A DNA stretch of 20,000 nucleotides from Limisphaerales bacterium (lineage in GTDB: Bacteria; Verrucomicrobiota; Verrucomicrobiia; Limisphaerales; SIBE01), in the NCBI GenBank assembly GCA_044225505.1, contig JBGAIN010000019.1, positions 58,282-78,281 on the forward strand. The letters run 5' to 3'. Shown here in pieces: positions 16,932 to 20,000 of this stretch (within the stretch, counting starts at the first letter, position 1; each line of letters opens with the position of its first letter). The position numbers and the translations under genes were made by a program. The notes under the pieces were generated by a model. The model was not told the DNA's origin. It saw only the letters and a program-made list of their open reading frames with translations, and did no database searches.

Positions 16932-18170
16932 CTAGCCGACTTTCGCCACCATCGCCACTGGGGCGCTGGGCAACTCAGGCATCGCGATGATACGGTCGAC
17001 AATCGCCTTTCCGATTTCCAACGAAGCGGTGGCGGCTGGAGAAGGGGCGTTGCACACGTGAAGCGCTCGCTTCCCTTCGATGATTAAGAAGTCGTCGACC
17101 AAATTCCCGTCTGGCAGCAAGGCTTGGGCACGAACTCCCGCTTGGGACGGAACCAAGTCTTCTGCTTTCACATCAGGAACCAGTTCTTGCAAGCTGCGCA
17201 CAAACTTCGCTTTACTAAAAGACCGCGCCATCTCTTTCATCCCTTCGGAGAAGTGCTTGCGAGCCAGTTTCCAAAATCCCGGATACATCATCACTTCCGA
17301 GAAATCTCGAAGGTCAAAATCTGTTTTGTGATAGCCTTCTCTCTTGAAGCTCAATACGGCATTCGGCCCAGCATGCACACTCCCGTCGATCATTCGCGTA
17401 AAGTGCACTCCCAGAAACGGAAACGCAGGATTCGGGACTGGGTAAATGAGGGACTTCACGAGATGCCGTCGTTCGTGGCTGAGCTCGTAGTACTCCCCTC
17501 GAAACGGAACAATTCGAGCCTCAGGATTGGCGTTTCCCAACCGCGCCACGCGATCACTGTGCAGACCCGCACAGTTGACCAGGATTGACGATTCGATAGC
17601 GCCTTGAGTCGTTTCGATGACTTGACTTTGGCTCTGACCGCGGATCGCCAGCACTTTCGTTCCCAAACGGAGTTCACCTCCCGCTGTTCGGATCAGTTCC
17701 GCCAACTTTTCGCACACCGCTCGATAACTAACGATCCCGGTGCTGCCAACGTGGACGCCTTGCAAGCACTGCACGTTGGGCTCGTGCTTCCTCACTTCTG
17801 CCGCGGTCAACGGAACGACCTTAACCCCGTTTTCCTGCCCTCGTTTGGTAAGTTTCTCCAACAAAGGGATTTGCTCGGAATTCGTCGCGACAATGACTTT
17901 GCCGCAAAGGTCGAATGGAATGTCGTGTTGCCGGCTAAACTCGACCATGGAACGGTTACCGCGAAGTGCCAGGGTCGCTTTCAGGCTGCCAGGCTTGTAG
18001 TAAATGCCAGAATGGATAACGCCACTATTTCTACCGGTCTGGTGGGCGGCCCATTCCCGCTCCTTTTCCACAACGAGCAAGCGCAAACCAGGACGCTTTT
18101 GGAGCAGGGCATAGCCCGTCGCCAAGCCGACAATTCCACCGCCAATTACAACAACGTCTACTCGGGACAT
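16932..18170 (-). CDS. lhgO: L-2-hydroxyglutarate oxidase (FAD-dependent)
   Basis: GGGIVG dinucleotide motif, HQTGRNSGVIHSGIYYKPGSLKA, NCAGLHSDRVA, PFRGEYY, FPFLGVHFTR, GPNAV, GVRAQA and NAPSPAATASLEIG. Confidence 0.93.
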   Translation of the reverse strand: MSRVDVVVIGGGIVGLATGYALLQKRPGLRLLVVEKEREWAAHQTGRNSGVIHSGIYYKPGSLKATLALRGNRSMVEFSRQHDIPFDLCGKVIVATNSEQIPLLEKLTKRGQENGVKVVPLTAAEVRKHEPNVQCLQGVHVGSTGIVSYRAVCEKLAELIRTAGGELRLGTKVLAIRGQSQSQVIETTQGAIESSILVNCAGLHSDRVARLGNANPEARIVPFRGEYYELSHERRHLVKSLIYPVPNPAFPFLGVHFTRMIDGSVHAGPNAVLSFKREGYHKTDFDLRDFSEVMMYPGFWKLARKHFSEGMKEMARSFSKAKFVRSLQELVPDVKAEDLVPSQAGVRAQALLPDGNLVDDFLIIEGKRALHVCNAPSPAATASLEIGKAIVDRIIAMPELPSAPVAMVAKVG

Positions 18171-18317
18171 AAAGTTATTCGCGATACATCTACTTCTTCA
18201 CTGGAAAAGCGGCAAGCTTGCCATTCTCAGAATTGATCACTCCGCCCACGCTCCAGGCCCGCAGTCAAGCCCGTTCTGACCGCCTGGACGCAGCTTAACG
18301 ACCGTTAAAACCAGATA

Positions 18318-18560
18318 CTAGTGTGGTGACCGCTAAGTCCTTGCATTTGCGCGGGGTGGGTTTGTGGGCGCCCGAATGGCGCGCGCGTGGCGAATACCGG
18401 TTGGGGTCTGCACGGCGGGTGGAACGGGTTGCGCCGAAATGGGTCCTGGCTTCGTTGCTCCTCGGTCAGAGAGCGCTGCGGCTATCCTCCGTCGTCGCGC
18501 CTCGCCAGGACCCATTTTGAGCGCAACGAAAGTATAAGGAATTAGCGGTCACCACACTAG
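18318..18560. mobile_element. MITE-like palindromic element flanked by CTAG
   Basis: Terminal inverted repeats CTAGTGTGGTGACCGCTAA(G/T)TCCTT match 24/25; inner inverted repeat 18428-18450/18504-18527; no credible coding capacity. Confidence 0.8.
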
Positions 18561-18843
18561 GCCTCGCCGCTCGCTTCGGAGAGCCCAGACTCGCCTCAAG
18601 ATCAGACATTTGCATTGAGCGAAGAGACAGAGGATTCGGACTGAATCCCTCAGCAGATCAGCCAGGGGATCTGCAATTGACTGATAATGAGCGTCTTGGA
18701 TTTCCGGTGACAAATGTCACCAACCGTTGCCGGTTCCACTCTCGCGGACGTCCTCCGCGCGGGTACTCTTAAAGGCAGGCGATGAACCCGCTCGAGGGGA
18801 TCCGACGGTCCAGCCAACCGTGGCTATTCATAGCCCGAAGCCT

Positions 18844-19680
18844 TTACTCGGGAGCAGTCACTTTCGATGAAGAGGCACTGCTGGAAGCCGGGAGCGGCTC
18901 AGGCTCGGGAAGAAGAGACGGATAAGGAGGGAGATGCGGGATTGGAGCTACGATCGCGCGATAGAAACGCCACGGCGCATCGGTAGCGACTTCCGCAACT
19001 TCCACGAAACCGACCGCGCTACTATAGACGCCCATTTTGCGCCAGGTCCTTAGGTCCGTAGAGGTTTCAAAGGCCACCTTCTGGTCTTCAGAAACATCCA
19101 CCGCGATGTGGACGAGCTTGTAACAGTCATCAATGCGGACCTCCGGCTCAAACCCGACCGGCGTGGCACTCTGCGCTGGACCGCGGATCGTGGCTACGCT
19201 GTGCAGAGGCACCGGCGGCGAAGAGCCATACAAGAGCCGCTCAGTGGGCCGACTTTCGATGCCTTCCGGATCTACTGAAGCCGCCTGAAACCAGTAGATT
19301 TCGCCGTATTGAAACCCACAAAGATCGAGGCTTTTTGCATTGCCGACGAAGACGCGGTTGGTATCGGTCGCTCCCAGTCGCCCATAATAGACTGCATAAC
19401 CCTGCACTTCACTTCCAGAAGCATCGTCCCACATTACCGTGATACATTCCGCGTTTACGCGGAAACCACCCACGTATAATCCAAGGCAGACGCCGACAAT
19501 CGCCAGTTGCTGTTGATGACACCACAAAGGCCTTTGAACACTGCTGGCCGTGAGGTCAGTTAAGAAGGAGAACCAAGGAATGAAGTTGGAACAATGAATA
19601 TCCGAGTGACTCCTCTGACACGCAGGAATCCGCGTAGAAAGGAACCGCCCTATGCCAACGAAGGAATCACGCGCAGACAT
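18844..19680 (-). CDS. Exported fibronectin type III domain protein with verrucomicrobial-type C-terminal motif (start uncertain)
   Basis: ITVMWD..VQGYAVYYG..G..YWFQAASVD..GIES (FN3), preceded by a hydrophobic signal-like stretch (true start may be near TTG 19527); then ETSTDLRTW...RFYRA and a Pro/Ser tail. Confidence 0.7.
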   Translation of the reverse strand: MSARDSFVGIGRFLSTRIPACQRSHSDIHCSNFIPWFSFLTDLTASSVQRPLWCHQQQLAIVGVCLGLYVGGFRVNAECITVMWDDASGSEVQGYAVYYGRLGATDTNRVFVGNAKSLDLCGFQYGEIYWFQAASVDPEGIESRPTERLLYGSSPPVPLHSVATIRGPAQSATPVGFEPEVRIDDCYKLVHIAVDVSEDQKVAFETSTDLRTWRKMGVYSSAVGFVEVAEVATDAPWRFYRAIVAPIPHLPPYPSLLPEPEPLPASSSASSSKVTAPE

Positions 19681-19773
19681 TTACGAACCGCCGCCGAAAT
19701 CGCCTATTCGCATCGGGATCGCGGACGTATAATGGTACCACGGGAAGAGTCAATTTACGTCTCTCCTCATTGA

Positions 19774-19998
19774 CTAACCGAGATTCGTGGCCGTGCGGTT
19801 TTGCAGCCAGCGACGGAGGCCCGCCAAGAGCAGCAGGGCTCCGCCCACGCCTAAAGCCGCATTGGGTTCAGGCACTACCGTCACACCAGCCCCATTGGGC
19901 AGGGTCACGTCGTCGAAGAATGTCCCACCGGGCTTGGCAAACGTTGTATTGCTGAAATCCAAAGTATACGGCCCTCCCACTGGAAAAGAATTAAATGT
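19774..19998 (-). CDS. PEP-CTERM sorting-domain protein, C-terminal part only (5' end outside the window)
   Basis: The frame is open to the right edge (TFNSFPVGGPYTLDF...) and ends VVPEPNAALGVGGALLLLAGLRRW: VPEP, TM helix, basic residues. Confidence 0.88.
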   Translation of the reverse strand, partial: TFNSFPVGGPYTLDFSNTTFAKPGGTFFDDVTLPNGAGVTVVPEPNAALGVGGALLLLAGLRRWLQNRTATNLG

Positions 19999-20000
19999 GA

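Noticed and set aside
13371..18335. Common origin for the two palindromic elements (shared TGGTGACC and CTAGTG words)
   Set aside because: Similarity is limited to 6-8 nt and the architectures differ.
18352..18430. G-quadruplex in the G-rich insert
   Set aside because: Only three closely spaced G-runs; the fourth is more than 30 nt away.
18323..18520. Small ORFs inside the palindromic element as a transposase or toxin
   Set aside because: Only 60-65 aa with no catalytic or TM features; incidental to the repeat.
18890..18912. PEPEP in the FN3 protein tail as a PEP-CTERM signal
   Set aside because: Not followed by a TM helix and basic cluster.
19728..19733. Perfect TATAAT on the plus strand
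   Set aside because: No matching -35, and it would fire antisense to the PEP-CTERM gene; cannot be distinguished from chance.

Overview
GC-rich bacterial chromosomal window, most likely Verrucomicrobiota, inferred from a VPDSG-CTERM protein, a PEP-CTERM protein, a PrsT-like TPR lipoprotein and a 'STDLxxW...RFYR' C-terminal motif. Left to right: a 5'-truncated REC/Hpt-like/REC/long coiled-coil signalling protein; a minus-strand block (dapL, hemW, cold-shock protein, atypical receiver protein, GT2 glycosyltransferase, VPDSG-CTERM surface protein with a strong terminator); a divergent ~1090-aa TPR lipoprotein; an AsmA/DUF748-like protein followed by a 76-bp tandem duplication carrying perfect 21- and 26-bp hairpins; a frameshift-split DUF2339 membrane protein; lhgO; a CTAG-flanked 243-bp palindromic MITE-like element; an FN3 protein; and the C-terminal end of a PEP-CTERM gene. 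No rRNA, tRNA, CRISPR array or transposase was seen. The most notable signals are four genes sharing an exact TTGnnn-17-(-10)-6-ATG leaderless-promoter geometry, two kinds of palindromic non-coding elements, a triplicated ~176-aa module in the TPR protein, and three different C-terminal surface-sorting signals in one window. Family assignments come from motif recognition, not database searches.
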